Assembly (NCBI GenBank): GCA_046540755.1
Contig: JBKHEO010000004.1
Location: 1,072 to 65,071 of the forward strand
Direction of reading: 5' to 3'
Length of the DNA stretch: 64,000 nucleotides
Origin: Halomonas sp.
Lineage (GTDB): Bacteria > Pseudomonadota > Gammaproteobacteria > Pseudomonadales > Halomonadaceae
The translations under genes and the position numbers were made by a program. The notes under the pieces are model-generated. The model saw only the letters and a list, made by a program, of their open reading frames with translations. It searched no databases and was not told the DNA's origin. This document shows, in pieces, positions 1 through 10,167 of the stretch. Each line of letters starts with the position of its first letter. Position 1 is the stretch's first letter.

Positions 1-1277
1 TCGGCGGGCTGATCATCGTGCTGGTGGGCCTCACCTATGCGGAGCTCGCCTCGGCCATGCCCCAGGTGGGCGGCGAGCACGTCTACAGCTATCGCGCCAT
101 GGGCCACTTCGCCTCCTTCCTCTGCACCTGGGCGATCACCCTGGGCTATATCAGCGTGGTGGCCTTCGAGGCCGTGGCACTGCCCACGGTGGTGGAGCAC
201 CTCTTCCCCGACTACGCGGTGGGCCACCTCTGGACCATCACCGGCTGGGAGGTGAAGGCCACCTGGGTGGCGGTCGGCGTGGCCGGCTCGCTGGCCATGA
301 TGTGGATCAACTACATCGGCGTGCGCACCGCCGCCCTGGTGCAGAAGGTGGTGACCCTGCTGATCCTGGTGGTGGGCATCCTGTTCATCACCGGGGCCCT
401 CTTCCAGGGCAGCAGCGAGACCATGCAGCCGCTGTTCAGCATCGAGGAGGGCGTGATGGGCGGCATCATGATGGTGATCATCATGGTGCCCTTCATGTTC
501 GTCGGCTTCGATGTCATCCCCCAGGCCGCCGAGGAGATCAACCTGCCGTTCCGCGAGATCGGCCGGGTGCTGATGATCTCGGTGATCCTGGCGGTATTCT
601 GGTACGCCTTCATCATCCTGGGCACCTCGCTGATGCTCGACCCCGAGGCGCTGGGCGCGAGCTCGCTGGCGGTGCCGGATGCCATGCAGGCGGCCTTCCA
701 GGCACCCTGGGCCGGCAACCTGATGATCCTGGCGGGGATCGCCGGCATCATCACCAGCTGGAACGCCTTCTATATCGGCGGCTCCCGGGCCATCTACGCC
801 CTGGCGCACTCCGGCATGCTGCCGGCCTGGCTGGGCAGGCTGCACCCGAGGTACCGCACGCCCACCAACGCCATCCTGGTGATGGGCATCCTCTCCGCCA
901 TCGCCCCCTTCTTCGGTCGCCCGGCGCTGGTCTGGCTGGTAGTGGCCGGCGGCCTGGGGATCGTCATCGCCTATCTCTTCGTCTCGCTCTCCTTCGTGGT
1001 GCTGCGCCGCCGCGAGCCGGAGATGGAACGCCCCTTCAAGGTGCGCCACGGCAAGCTGGTGGGGGGCCTGGCGGTGCTGCTCTCCCTGGGGCTGACCGCC
1101 ATGTACCTGCCGGGCAGCCCCTCGGCGCTCTCCACCATCGAATGGGGCATGTTCGCCGGCTGGATGCTGATCGGCCTGGCGCTCTACGCCTGGTCCCGTG
1201 TCCGCTACGGCGTCGCCTACAGCGCCGGCATGATGCAGCGCGAGCTGGCCGGGGCGGACCCCTACCAGGGGCGCTGA
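1..1277 (+). CDS. APC-family amino acid/polyamine permease (5' end outside window)
   Basis: Multi-TM hydrophobic ORF with APC motifs YAELASAMPQVGGEH, FVGFD..PQAAEE, SRAIYALA..GMLP, HPRYRTP, RPFKV. Confidence 0.9.
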   Translation, partial: GGLIIVLVGLTYAELASAMPQVGGEHVYSYRAMGHFASFLCTWAITLGYISVVAFEAVALPTVVEHLFPDYAVGHLWTITGWEVKATWVAVGVAGSLAMMWINYIGVRTAALVQKVVTLLILVVGILFITGALFQGSSETMQPLFSIEEGVMGGIMMVIIMVPFMFVGFDVIPQAAEEINLPFREIGRVLMISVILAVFWYAFIILGTSLMLDPEALGASSLAVPDAMQAAFQAPWAGNLMILAGIAGIITSWNAFYIGGSRAIYALAHSGMLPAWLGRLHPRYRTPTNAILVMGILSAIAPFFGRPALVWLVVAGGLGIVIAYLFVSLSFVVLRRREPEMERPFKVRHGKLVGGLAVLLSLGLTAMYLPGSPSALSTIEWGMFAGWMLIGLALYAWSRVRYGVAYSAGMMQRELAGADPYQGR

Positions 1278-1309
1278 TCCTCGGACCCACGCCTCTCGCG
1301 TGATACACC

Positions 1310-1345
1310 CCGAGCCCCGGCCTGTGCGCCGGGGCTCGGCGTTTC
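1310..1345 (+). terminator. GC-rich hairpin after the APC permease
   Basis: ccgagccccgg-N8-ccggggctcgg followed by cgtttc. Confidence 0.6.
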
Positions 1346-1404
1346 CGGCGATGGCAGGCGCCGCCGTCCGGCAGGGATTGGGCAGCCAGCCGCACGGAGT
1401 GTCA

Positions 1405-1450
1405 ATGCTACCTTTTAATATTGATGAAATATAAAAATGTAGATATTTTT
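1405..1450 (+). promoter_or_regulatory. AT-rich promoter/operator of csiD, candidate CsiR/GlaR-type site
   Basis: Imperfect inverted repeat ctaccttttaat (1408-1419) / ataaaaatgtag (1431-1442) in an AT-rich patch upstream of csiD. Confidence 0.5.
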
Positions 1451-1484
1451 AGGGGGCAAGCCCACACGCCCTGGAGACCCCGAC

Positions 1485-2465
1485 ATGACCGTACTGACCC
1501 AGCTTCCCGAGATCGCCATGCCGCTTCCCGCCGACATCCGCGGCTTCACCCTGGCGCCCTCCGCCGCCTCGCCGCGGCTGCTGCAGCTGACGATCTCCCG
1601 CGAGGTGGTCGAGGCCTTCCTGGCGGCCGTCGCCGAGTGGCCGGTGCAGGCGCTGGAGTACAAGTCGATGCTGCGCTTCCGCGTGGCGAAGATTCTCGAC
1701 GACCTGTGCGCCAACACCCTGCAGTCGGTGCTGGTCAACACCCTGGTGGATCGCGCCACCGGCGCCTTCCAGGTGGTGCCGGAGGGGCTGGATCGCGTCG
1801 AGCAGGCCGACGACATGGTCAAGCTGGCCACCGCGGTGGCGCACCTGATGGGGCGCTCCAACTTCGATGCCATGAGCGGCCAGTTCTACGCGCGCTTCGT
1901 GGTGAAGAACGTCGACGACTCCGACAGCTACCTGCGCCAGCCGCACCGGGTGATGGAGCTGCACAACGACGGCACCTTCGTCGAGCAGGAGACCGACTAC
2001 GTGCTGATGATGAAGATCGACGAGCAGCACATGGAGGGCGGCAACTCGCTGCTGCTGCACCTGGACGACTGGGAGGACCTCGCGCGCTTCTTCGCCCACC
2101 CGCTGGCCCATCGGCCGATGCGCTGGAGCGCGCCGCCCAGCAAGAACGTGACCCGGGACGTCTTCCACCCGGTGTTCGACGTCGATCGCGAGGGGCGCCC
2201 GATCATGGCCTATATCGACCAGTTCGTTCAGCCGAGGGACTTCGAGGAGGGCAACTGGCTGTGCGAGCTCTCCGAGTCGCTCGAGAACAGCCCGGCGATC
2301 CTCTCGGTGCCCAACCCGGTCGGCAGCTTCCTGCTGATCAACAACCACTTCTGGCTGCACGGCCGCGACCGCTTCACGCCGCATCCCGAGCTGCGTCGCG
2401 AGCTGATGCGCCAGCGCGGCTACTTCACCCACGCCCGCACGCTGCGCACTCCCGGCCAGGCGTGA
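1485..2465 (+). CDS. csiD: Glutarate 2-hydroxylase, Fe(II)/2-oxoglutarate dioxygenase CsiD/GlaH
   Basis: [69 protein letters not shown]; ggag RBS; next to lhgO. Confidence 0.95.
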   Translation: MTVLTQLPEIAMPLPADIRGFTLAPSAASPRLLQLTISREVVEAFLAAVAEWPVQALEYKSMLRFRVAKILDDLCANTLQSVLVNTLVDRATGAFQVVPEGLDRVEQADDMVKLATAVAHLMGRSNFDAMSGQFYARFVVKNVDDSDSYLRQPHRVMELHNDGTFVEQETDYVLMMKIDEQHMEGGNSLLLHLDDWEDLARFFAHPLAHRPMRWSAPPSKNVTRDVFHPVFDVDREGRPIMAYIDQFVQPRDFEEGNWLCELSESLENSPAILSVPNPVGSFLLINNHFWLHGRDRFTPHPELRRELMRQRGYFTHARTLRTPGQA

Positions 2466-2571
2466 GATGACGGCCGCCCTCGCGGCCGTCAAGATAGTCG
2501 ATCCGGCCACGTCGACGTCGGCGTGGCCGTTGCCCGTTCCAGCCCGTTCCCAGGTCAAGCAGAGGGGTGAC

Positions 2572-3768
2572 ATGTACGACTTCATCATCATCGGCGGCGG
2601 CATCCTCGGCATGTCCACCGCCATGCAGCTCAAGCGGGCCTGGCCCGAGCGGCGCATGCTGCTGCTGGAGAAGGAGGCCGGGCCGGCGATGCACCAGACC
2701 GGCCACAACAGCGGGGTGATCCACGCCGGGGTCTACTACACCCCGGGGAGCCTCAAGGCCCGCTTCTGCCTGGAGGGCAACCGGGCCACCAAGGCGTTCT
2801 GCGACGAGCACGGGATCCCGTATGACACCTGCGGCAAGCTGCTGGTGGCGACCAGCGACCTGGAGATGCGGCGCATGGAGGCGCTGTGGGAGCGCACCGC
2901 CGCCAACGGCCTGGAGCGCGAGTGGCTCTCCGCGGGAGAGCTGGCCGAGCGTGAGCCCAACATCACCGGTCTGGGTGGGATCTTCGTGCCCTCCAGCGGC
3001 ATCGTCGACTACGCCGAGGTGACCCGGGCCATGGCCGCCGAGTTCGAGCGCATGGGCGGCGAGATCCGCTACGGCGCCGAGGTGACCGCCCTGGCGGAGC
3101 GTCGCCAGGAGGTGGTGGTGCGCAGTGGCGCCGGGGAGTTCACGGGGCGCTACCTGGTGAGCTGCTCGGGGCTGATGGCCGACCGGGTGGTGCGCCTGCT
3201 GGGCCAGGACCCGGGCTTCACCATCTGCCCCTTCCGCGGCGAGTACTACCGCCTGCCGGAGACACACAACGACATCGTCAATCATCTGATCTACCCGATC
3301 CCCGACCCCGCCATGCCCTTCCTCGGCGTGCACCTGACGCGGATGATCGACGGCAGCGTGACCGTGGGCCCCAACGCGGTGCTCGCCTTCAAGCGCGAGG
3401 GCTATCGCCGTCGCGACGTCTCGCTGCCCGACCTGGCGAGGATGATCAGCGACCCCGGCATCCTCAGGGTGCTGGGGCGCAACCTGCGCCCGGGCCTCGC
3501 GGAGATGAAGAACTCCCTCTACAAGCGTGGGTATCTCGAACGGGTGCGCAAGTACTGCCCGAGCCTGACCCTCGCCGACCTCGAGCCCTGGCCGGCGGGC
3601 GTGCGGGCCCAGGCGGTCTCCCGCGACGGCCGGCTGGTGGACGACTTCCTGTTCGTCAATACGCGCCGTACCGTCAACGTGGGCAACGCGCCGTCGCCGG
3701 CCGCCACCTCGGCGCTGCCCATCGGCGCCCATATCCTCGAGAAGGTGCGGGAGATGGTGGCGGGGTGA
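2572..3768 (+). CDS. lhgO: L-2-hydroxyglutarate oxidase
   Basis: MYDFIIIGGGILG FAD motif, HQTGHNSGVIHAGVYYTPGSLKA, PFLGVHLTRM, GVRAQA, NAPSPAATS; start moved to ATG 2572 behind a gagggg RBS. Confidence 0.95.
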   Translation: MYDFIIIGGGILGMSTAMQLKRAWPERRMLLLEKEAGPAMHQTGHNSGVIHAGVYYTPGSLKARFCLEGNRATKAFCDEHGIPYDTCGKLLVATSDLEMRRMEALWERTAANGLEREWLSAGELAEREPNITGLGGIFVPSSGIVDYAEVTRAMAAEFERMGGEIRYGAEVTALAERRQEVVVRSGAGEFTGRYLVSCSGLMADRVVRLLGQDPGFTICPFRGEYYRLPETHNDIVNHLIYPIPDPAMPFLGVHLTRMIDGSVTVGPNAVLAFKREGYRRRDVSLPDLARMISDPGILRVLGRNLRPGLAEMKNSLYKRGYLERVRKYCPSLTLADLEPWPAGVRAQAVSRDGRLVDDFLFVNTRRTVNVGNAPSPAATSALPIGAHILEKVREMVAG

Positions 3769-3932
3769 GCGCCGGGCCGGGGACCGACCATGGTGGTATT
3801 GCCGATATTGTTGAAAAACGTCGAAATGACGCCGTTAGCTTCTCACGCGCCGCGCGTGCTAGCTTGATGCTGGACGTTGAATCGACGTCGACCACAACAA
3901 CATCACAACGGTTCCAGGACCGGAGGATTGCC

Positions 3933-4892
3933 ATGCATCCCATGAAATACGCGATCGCCGCCTCGCTGATGGCCACGGCGCCGCTGGCGGCCGCCCAGCA
4001 GCTCTCCATCGCCACCGGCGGTACCGGCGGCGTCTACTACCCTATCGGCGGCGGCTTCGCCGAGATGATCAACGAGCACATCGAGGGCTACGAGGGCTCT
4101 GCTGAGGTCACCGGTGCCTCGGTGGAGAACATGGGCCTGATCATGCGCGGCGACGCCGACCTGGCCCTGGTGCTGGCGGACACCGCCCTGCAGGCCTACG
4201 AGGGCAGCGGTGACTTCGAGGGGCGCCAGATCGAGAACACCCGCGCCCTGGCCTCGGTCTACCCCAACGCCGTGCAGCTGGTGACGCTGGACGACTCCGA
4301 CATCGAGTCGCTCGCCGACCTGGAGGGCAAGCGGGTCTCCGTGGGCGCCCCCGGCAGCGGCACCGAGCTCAACGCCCGCGCCCTGCTCGAGGCCAACGGC
4401 ATCAGCTACGACGACTTCGATCCCCAGCGCCTCAACTTCAACGAGACCGCCGACGCCATCCGCGACGGCGACATCGACGCCGGCTTCTGGAGCGTGGGCC
4501 CGCCCACCAGCTCGATCATGAACCTGGCCACCACCCGCGACATCCGACTGATCGGCCTCTCCGACGAGGAGATCGCCAACGCCCGGGAGGAGGAGTCGGT
4601 GTTCGCCCGCTATACCCTGGAAGAGGGCCTCTACGAGGGCATGGACGAGGACGTCCAGACCATCGGCATCCCCAACGTCCTGGTGGTCAACGCCGACATG
4701 GACGAGGAGCTGGCCTACCAGCTCACCCAGCTGCTCTTCGAGCGCACCGACGAGCTGATCGACGTCCATCCGGCCGCCAACGACACCACCGTGGAGTTCA
4801 CCATGGAGTCCACCCCGGTGCCGCTGCATCCCGGGGCGATCCGCTACTTCGAGGAGGTCGAGGCGGAGATCCCCGATGACCTGCGTCCCTGA
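3933..4892 (+). CDS. TAXI-family TRAP solute-binding protein
   Basis: Signal peptide, IATGGTGGVYYPIGG, TGASVEN, KRVSVGAPGSGTE, PLHPGA.RYF; ggagg RBS before ATG 3933. Confidence 0.9.
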   Translation: MHPMKYAIAASLMATAPLAAAQQLSIATGGTGGVYYPIGGGFAEMINEHIEGYEGSAEVTGASVENMGLIMRGDADLALVLADTALQAYEGSGDFEGRQIENTRALASVYPNAVQLVTLDDSDIESLADLEGKRVSVGAPGSGTELNARALLEANGISYDDFDPQRLNFNETADAIRDGDIDAGFWSVGPPTSSIMNLATTRDIRLIGLSDEEIANAREEESVFARYTLEEGLYEGMDEDVQTIGIPNVLVVNADMDEELAYQLTQLLFERTDELIDVHPAANDTTVEFTMESTPVPLHPGAIRYFEEVEAEIPDDLRP

Positions 4893-4910
4893 CGCGGCGT
4901 GACGTCGAGC

Positions 4911-5432
4911 ATGGCGTCACCCGCCGCGAGGCAAGGTGCGACAGGGCGGAAGCTGGCTTCCGCCCTGTCGGCGTGTGTGCTGCTGACCGCGGCGGGACCG
5001 GCCCTGGCCGAGCCCGCCGCGCGCCTCGAGGCGGTCGACCAGGACGACGAGGTCCTGGCCCGCCGCGACCTCGAGGAGGGCGACACCTGGTGCCTGGCCT
5101 GGAACCACTCGGTCGAGGGCTTCACGGTCCTCGACTGCTACGTCTTCCGCGACGCGCGCATGGTGCTCCAGCGCAGCCACCTGCCCGACTTCGCCGCCGG
5201 CCTCGACCATATCCCCGGTCGCGGCGAGCAGGTCTCCGACGGCGAAGGCGGCTACTGGATCGAGGAGATCGACGAGCCGGTGCCGGACAACCGCTACACC
5301 CTGCGCGTCGGCGCCGACGAGGTCGACCATCGCCTGCGCTGGGAAGAGGACGACGAGGCCTTTCAGGTCAGTCTCTCCGCCCAGGCGGCCGGCGAGCGCG
5401 TGACCCTGCGCATCGTCGAACTGGATGATTGA
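4911..5432 (+). CDS. DUF1850-like exported accessory protein of TAXI-TRAP loci
   Basis: WCLAWNHSV..F.V.DCY, SH.PDFAAGL motifs; lies between the SBP and the permease; start 4899 or 4911. Confidence 0.7.
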   Translation: MASPAARQGATGRKLASALSACVLLTAAGPALAEPAARLEAVDQDDEVLARRDLEEGDTWCLAWNHSVEGFTVLDCYVFRDARMVLQRSHLPDFAAGLDHIPGRGEQVSDGEGGYWIEEIDEPVPDNRYTLRVGADEVDHRLRWEEDDEAFQVSLSAQAAGERVTLRIVELDD

Positions 5433-5458
5433 ACCCCTTTTCCCCTGACGAGACCGGC

Positions 5459-7462
5459 ATGACAGAATCCACTTCACCTCCCCCCGTGGCCATGCCCGGC
5501 AGCCAGGCGCCCCATCCGCGGGCCGTGCTGCTGGCCATCACCCTGGTCGGGGTGGGGCTGTCGCTGTTCCAGCTCTACTCCGCCGGCATCCAGCCGCTGG
5601 GCCTGTTCTACCAGCGCGGCATCCACCTGATGCTGATCATGGTGCTGGCCTTCCTGATGTTCCCGGTGTTCGGGCCGAAACGGCGCCGCGGCCCCGTGGC
5701 CTGGGCCCTCGACCTGGTGTTCCTGGGCGGGGCGCTGATCACCGGGGGCTACCTGGTGCTCTACCTCGACGAGATCATCAACCGCGCGGGGTTCTGGAGC
5801 CAGACCGATATCTGGGTGGCGATCATCGCCACCGTCACCGTGCTGGAGGCGAGCCGCCGGGCGATCGGCCTGGCGATGACGCTGATCGGCACCTTCGCCA
5901 TCCTCTACGCCTTCGCCGGCCCCAACGGCGAGCTGCCGTGGCTCGGCGAGTGGCTGCCGGGCATCCTCGGCCACCGCGGCTATAGCCTCGACCGGGTCGC
6001 CGGGCAGCTCTACCTGGGCCAGGAGGGCATCTTCGGCCTGCCGCTGGGCGTGGCCGCCACCTACATCTTCATCTTCGTGCTGTTCGGTGCCTTCCTGGAG
6101 AGCACCGGCGCCGGCAAGTTCTTCATCGACCTGGCCTACGCCGCCACCGGGCGCCAGCGCGGCGGCCCGGCCAAGGCGGCGGTGATCGCCTCTGCCGGCA
6201 TGGGCTCCATCTCCGGCAGCGCCATCGCCAACGTGGTCACCACCGGCGCCTTCACCATCCCGCTGATGAAGCGCCTGGGCTACAAGCCCAAGCAGGCGGG
6301 CGGTATCGAGGCGGCGGCCTCCACCGGCGGCCAGATCATGCCGCCGCTGATGGGCGCCGGGGCCTTCCTGATCGCCGAGTACACCCGGATGCCCTACCTG
6401 GAGGTGGTCAAGGTCAGCATCCTGCCGGCGATCATGTACTTCGCCACCGTCTACCTCTTCGTGCACATCATCGCCCTGAAGAACGGCATGCAGGGCATGG
6501 CGAAGAGCGAGCTGCCCCAGATGCGCGACGTGATGCGCGAAGGCTGGCACTTCCTGCTGCCGCTGGCGGTGCTGGTGTGGCTGCTGGCGATGAGCCTCTC
6601 GCCGATGCGGGTGGGCTTCTACGCCGTGGTGACCATGGTGGTGGTGGCGGTGCTGCGCTACGCCTTCTGGTTCTTCTTCATGGCCCCCAAGGAGGGGCAG
6701 CCGGTGACCGGCGAGCGCCTGCAGGCGATGCTGCGTGCCGGCCTGAACAAGCTGGTGGAGAGCCTGGAGCTGGGCGCGCGCAACGCCGTGGCGGTCTCCA
6801 TGGCCTGCGCGGTGGCCGGCATCATCGTCGGCGTGGTGGGCCTCACCGGCCTGGGCTTGAAGTTCTCCTCCATGATGATGGCCTTCTCCGGCGGCAATAT
6901 CGTGCTGGCGCTGGTGATGGTGCTGCTGGCCAGCCTGGTGCTGGGCATGGGCCTGCCGGTGACCGCCAGCTACATCGTGCTGATCGTGCTGGTGGGTCCG
7001 GCCCTGACCGACGAGTTCGGCATCCCGCTGCTGATCGCCCACCTGGTGGTCTTCTGGTACTCCCAGGACTCCAACGTCACGCCACCGGTGGCCCTGGCGG
7101 GCTTCGCCGGCTCGGCGATCGCCGGCAGCAAGCCGATGGAGACCAGTTTCCAGGCCTGGAAGTTCGCCAAGGGGCTCTATCTGATCCCGCTGTTCATGGT
7201 CTTCAACCCGGAGATCATCGTGGGTGGGCCGGTGCCCCTGGTGGTCTGGAACGCGCTGATCGCCATCGCCGCGCTGCTGGCCTTCGCCGCGAGCCTTGAG
7301 GGCTACCTGTTCACCCGCATGGGCTGGCCGCTGCGTCTCCTGCTCGCGGCCGGCACGGTGGCGGTGTTCTATCCCGACCTGAGGGTCGAGGTGGCCGGCA
7401 TTGCGGCGATCCTCGCTGGGCTTGGGGCCAACTGGCTGGCCTCCCGGCGCGCGGCGGGGTGA
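5459..7462 (+). CDS. TRAP fused 4TM/12TM permease (TAXI type)
   Basis: RGGPAKAAV, GSISGSAIANVVTTGAFTIPLM, EAAASTGGQIMPPLMGAGAF, LGMGLPVTASY, TPPVALA; alternative start 5429. Confidence 0.92.
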   Translation: MTESTSPPPVAMPGSQAPHPRAVLLAITLVGVGLSLFQLYSAGIQPLGLFYQRGIHLMLIMVLAFLMFPVFGPKRRRGPVAWALDLVFLGGALITGGYLVLYLDEIINRAGFWSQTDIWVAIIATVTVLEASRRAIGLAMTLIGTFAILYAFAGPNGELPWLGEWLPGILGHRGYSLDRVAGQLYLGQEGIFGLPLGVAATYIFIFVLFGAFLESTGAGKFFIDLAYAATGRQRGGPAKAAVIASAGMGSISGSAIANVVTTGAFTIPLMKRLGYKPKQAGGIEAAASTGGQIMPPLMGAGAFLIAEYTRMPYLEVVKVSILPAIMYFATVYLFVHIIALKNGMQGMAKSELPQMRDVMREGWHFLLPLAVLVWLLAMSLSPMRVGFYAVVTMVVVAVLRYAFWFFFMAPKEGQPVTGERLQAMLRAGLNKLVESLELGARNAVAVSMACAVAGIIVGVVGLTGLGLKFSSMMMAFSGGNIVLALVMVLLASLVLGMGLPVTASYIVLIVLVGPALTDEFGIPLLIAHLVVFWYSQDSNVTPPVALAGFAGSAIAGSKPMETSFQAWKFAKGLYLIPLFMVFNPEIIVGGPVPLVVWNALIAIAALLAFAASLEGYLFTRMGWPLRLLLAAGTVAVFYPDLRVEVAGIAAILAGLGANWLASRRAAG

Positions 7463-7560
7463 CCGCCCGGTCAAGATGACGGGGGAGGGCCGCGCGGCTA
7501 GAATGTGCGGCCTTCCTTTCCGCACCCTCACCCGCAACAGGCAGTCGCCGAGGAGCATCG

Positions 7561-8070
7561 ATGCAGTCCGAACAGTCGCCGAAGGTCGGCGTGATCATGG
7601 GGTCGAAGTCCGACTGGCCGGTGATGGAGCACGCCGTGGCGATGCTGGAGCGCCTGGGCGTGCCCTGCGAGACCCGGGTGGTCTCCGCCCACCGCACCCC
7701 GGACCTGCTGTTCGACTACGCCAAGTCCGCCGCCGGGCGCGGCCTTGAGGTGATCATCGCCGGCGCCGGCGGCGCCGCCCACCTGCCGGGCATGGTGGCC
7801 TCCCAGACAGCGCTGCCGGTGCTCGGCGTGCCGGTGGAGTCCAAGGCGCTCAAGGGCCTGGACTCGCTGCTCTCCATCGTGCAGATGCCCGGCGGCATCG
7901 CGGTGGGCACGCTGGCCATCGGCAAGGCCGGCGCCACCAACGCCGGCCTGCTGGCCGCCCAGATCGTCGGTCTGCAGGACGACAGCGTGCGTCACGCGGT
8001 GGAGGCCTTCCGCGCCGAGCAGACCCGCACGGTGCTGGACAACCCCGATCCCCGGCCCGACGGCGAATGA
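7561..8070 (+). CDS. purE: N5-CAIR mutase
   Basis: [40 protein letters not shown]. Confidence 0.97.
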   Translation: MQSEQSPKVGVIMGSKSDWPVMEHAVAMLERLGVPCETRVVSAHRTPDLLFDYAKSAAGRGLEVIIAGAGGAAHLPGMVASQTALPVLGVPVESKALKGLDSLLSIVQMPGGIAVGTLAIGKAGATNAGLLAAQIVGLQDDSVRHAVEAFRAEQTRTVLDNPDPRPDGE

Positions 8071-8081
8071 AGGAGCCCACC

Positions 8082-9194
8082 ATGAACATCGGCGTCCTGG
8101 GAGCCGGCCAGCTCGGTCGCATGCTGGCGCTGGCCGGCTACCCCCTGGCCAACCGCTTCACCTTCCTCGACACCACCGGCCACCCCAGCGCCGGCATCGG
8201 GGACGTGATGATCGATACCGACCGCAGGCATCTCGAGGCCTTCCTGGCGAAGGTCGACCTGGTCACCTACGAGTTCGAGCACCTGCCCGTCTCGCTGGTG
8301 CAGGCGATCGAGGAGGTGACGCCGGTCTATCCCTCCAGCGAGGCGATCCGCGTCTGCCAGAACCGCGCCGAGGAGAAGGCGCTGTTCGACCGCCTGGGCA
8401 TTCCCACCCCGGCCTATCGCCTGGTGGAGCACGCCGACGAGCTCGAGGCCGCGGCCCGAGAGCTGGGCACCCCGGTGGTGGCCAAGTCGGTCACCGAGGG
8501 CTACGACGGCAAGGGCCAGGCGGTGCTCCGCGATCCCGCCGAGGCGGCCGAGGCGTGGCGCTCGATCGGCCATCCGCGGCTGATCGTCGAATCCTTCGTC
8601 GACTTCGTGCGCGAGGTCTCGATCATCGCCGTGCGCGGCCGCGACGGCGAGGTGGCCTTCTACCCCATGGCCGAGAACCAGCACGTCGACGGCATCCTGC
8701 GCTACTCCATCGCCCCCGTGCCGGACCTGGCCGACAGCGTGCAGCAGACCGCCGACGGCTACATCCGCGCGCTGCTCGACGCACTCGACTACGTGGGGGT
8801 GCTGACCCTTGAACTCTTCCAGTGCGCCGACGGCAGCCTGCTGGCCAACGAGATGGCGCCGCGGGTGCACAACTCCGGCCACTGGTCCATCGATGGCGCG
8901 GTGACCAGCCAGTTCGAGAACCACCTGCGCGCCATCCAGGGGCTGCCGCTCGGCGACACCTCGGCGCGCATGCCCACCTGCATGGTCAACGTGATCGGCC
9001 GCGAGGGCGACCCGGCGGCGATCCTGGCCCTGCCGGACGCCCACCTCCACCGCTACGACAAGGGCGAGCGTCCCGGTCGCAAGCTCGCCCACGTCAACCT
9101 GCTGGCGCCCACCCACGAGGCGCTGCTGGAGCGGGTGCGCGCCTGCGCGGCGCTGCTGCCGGACGCCCCGGCCCCCGCCTTCAGCTTCGAGTAG
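8082..9194 (+). CDS. purK: N5-CAIR synthase (ATP-grasp)
   Basis: GVLGAGQLGRML, TYEFEH, GYDGKGQ, NEMAPRVHNSGHW, SQFENHLRA, RPGRKLAH; aggag RBS before ATG 8082. Confidence 0.96.
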   Translation: MNIGVLGAGQLGRMLALAGYPLANRFTFLDTTGHPSAGIGDVMIDTDRRHLEAFLAKVDLVTYEFEHLPVSLVQAIEEVTPVYPSSEAIRVCQNRAEEKALFDRLGIPTPAYRLVEHADELEAAARELGTPVVAKSVTEGYDGKGQAVLRDPAEAAEAWRSIGHPRLIVESFVDFVREVSIIAVRGRDGEVAFYPMAENQHVDGILRYSIAPVPDLADSVQQTADGYIRALLDALDYVGVLTLELFQCADGSLLANEMAPRVHNSGHWSIDGAVTSQFENHLRAIQGLPLGDTSARMPTCMVNVIGREGDPAAILALPDAHLHRYDKGERPGRKLAHVNLLAPTHEALLERVRACAALLPDAPAPAFSFE

Positions 9195-9200
9195 GGCAGG

Positions 9201-10103
9201 GTGCAGGGAGGCACTACCACCCCCGCCGTGTTGCGGGCGACCCGCCCGGGCTTCCTGGTGCTGGCGCCGCTCTGCGTGTTGCTGGGCATCGTCCTGGCAT
9301 CCCGCCAGCCCATCGACATCGCCCCGCTGCAGGCGGCGCTGGTGCTGCTCGGCGGCCTGCTGGCCCATGCCGCGGTGAACCTGCTCAACGAGTACGACGA
9401 CTTCCGCTCGGGCCTGGATCACCTGACCCGGCGCACCCCCTTCTCCGGCGGCAGCGGGGCGCTGCCGCAAGCCCCCGAGGCGGCGCCGGCGGTGCTGGCC
9501 GCGGGACTCGTGGCGCTGGCCGGGGTGGTGGCCATCGGTGCGGCCTTCCTGTGGTGGCGGGGCTGGCCGATGCTCGCCGTGGGCGTGCCGGGGCTGGGGC
9601 TGGTCGTCGCCTACACCCGCTGGCTCACCCGCTCGCCCTGGCTCTGCCTGCTGGCGCCGGGACTCGGCTTCGGCCCGCTGATCGTGCTCGGCACCCTGCT
9701 GGCGCTGGGTGGCACGCCGGACGCGGCGGCGCTCTGGGTGGCCGCGGTGGTGGGGTTGCTGGCGAGCGAGCTGCTGCTGCTCAACCAGCTGCCCGACCGC
9801 GACGCCGACCGCCGGGTGGGGCGCCGCCACCTGGCGATCCTGTTCGGCCCGCGTCGCACCGCCCGCCTGGTGGCAGGGCTGCTGCTCGCCGCCCCGGCGA
9901 TGGTGGCCCTGGGCGTGATGGGCGGCGGGCTGCCGGCGACGGCCGGGCTCGCCTGCCTGGTCCTGCCCGGGGCGTTGTGGCTGGCCTGGCGCCTGCCTGC
10001 CGTGCTGGAGGAATGTGGTCGCCTGGAGGCGCTGATGGGCCTCAACGTGATCGTGCTGCTGGCCACCCTGGCGCTGCTGGCCCTGGGGCTCGGGCTCGGC
10101 TGA
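9201..10103 (+). CDS. UbiA-superfamily prenyltransferase, MenA/UBIAD1-like
   Basis: RP.FL, N.LNEYDDFRSGLD, TPFSGGSG, NQLPD..AD..VGRRHL; multi-TM. Confidence 0.8.
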   Translation: MQGGTTTPAVLRATRPGFLVLAPLCVLLGIVLASRQPIDIAPLQAALVLLGGLLAHAAVNLLNEYDDFRSGLDHLTRRTPFSGGSGALPQAPEAAPAVLAAGLVALAGVVAIGAAFLWWRGWPMLAVGVPGLGLVVAYTRWLTRSPWLCLLAPGLGFGPLIVLGTLLALGGTPDAAALWVAAVVGLLASELLLLNQLPDRDADRRVGRRHLAILFGPRRTARLVAGLLLAAPAMVALGVMGGGLPATAGLACLVLPGALWLAWRLPAVLEECGRLEALMGLNVIVLLATLALLALGLGLG

Positions 10104-10167
10104 TGCCCAGGGGATCGCGGGCGAGGGTCGCCTGCAGGCGGTGACCGGGGAATATCGGGAGGTGACC

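Noticed and set aside
2505-2528. Near-perfect palindrome ggccacgtcgacgtcggcgtggcc between csiD and lhgO
   Set aside because: Single copy in the window, so it cannot be called a REP element; probably an mRNA stability hairpin
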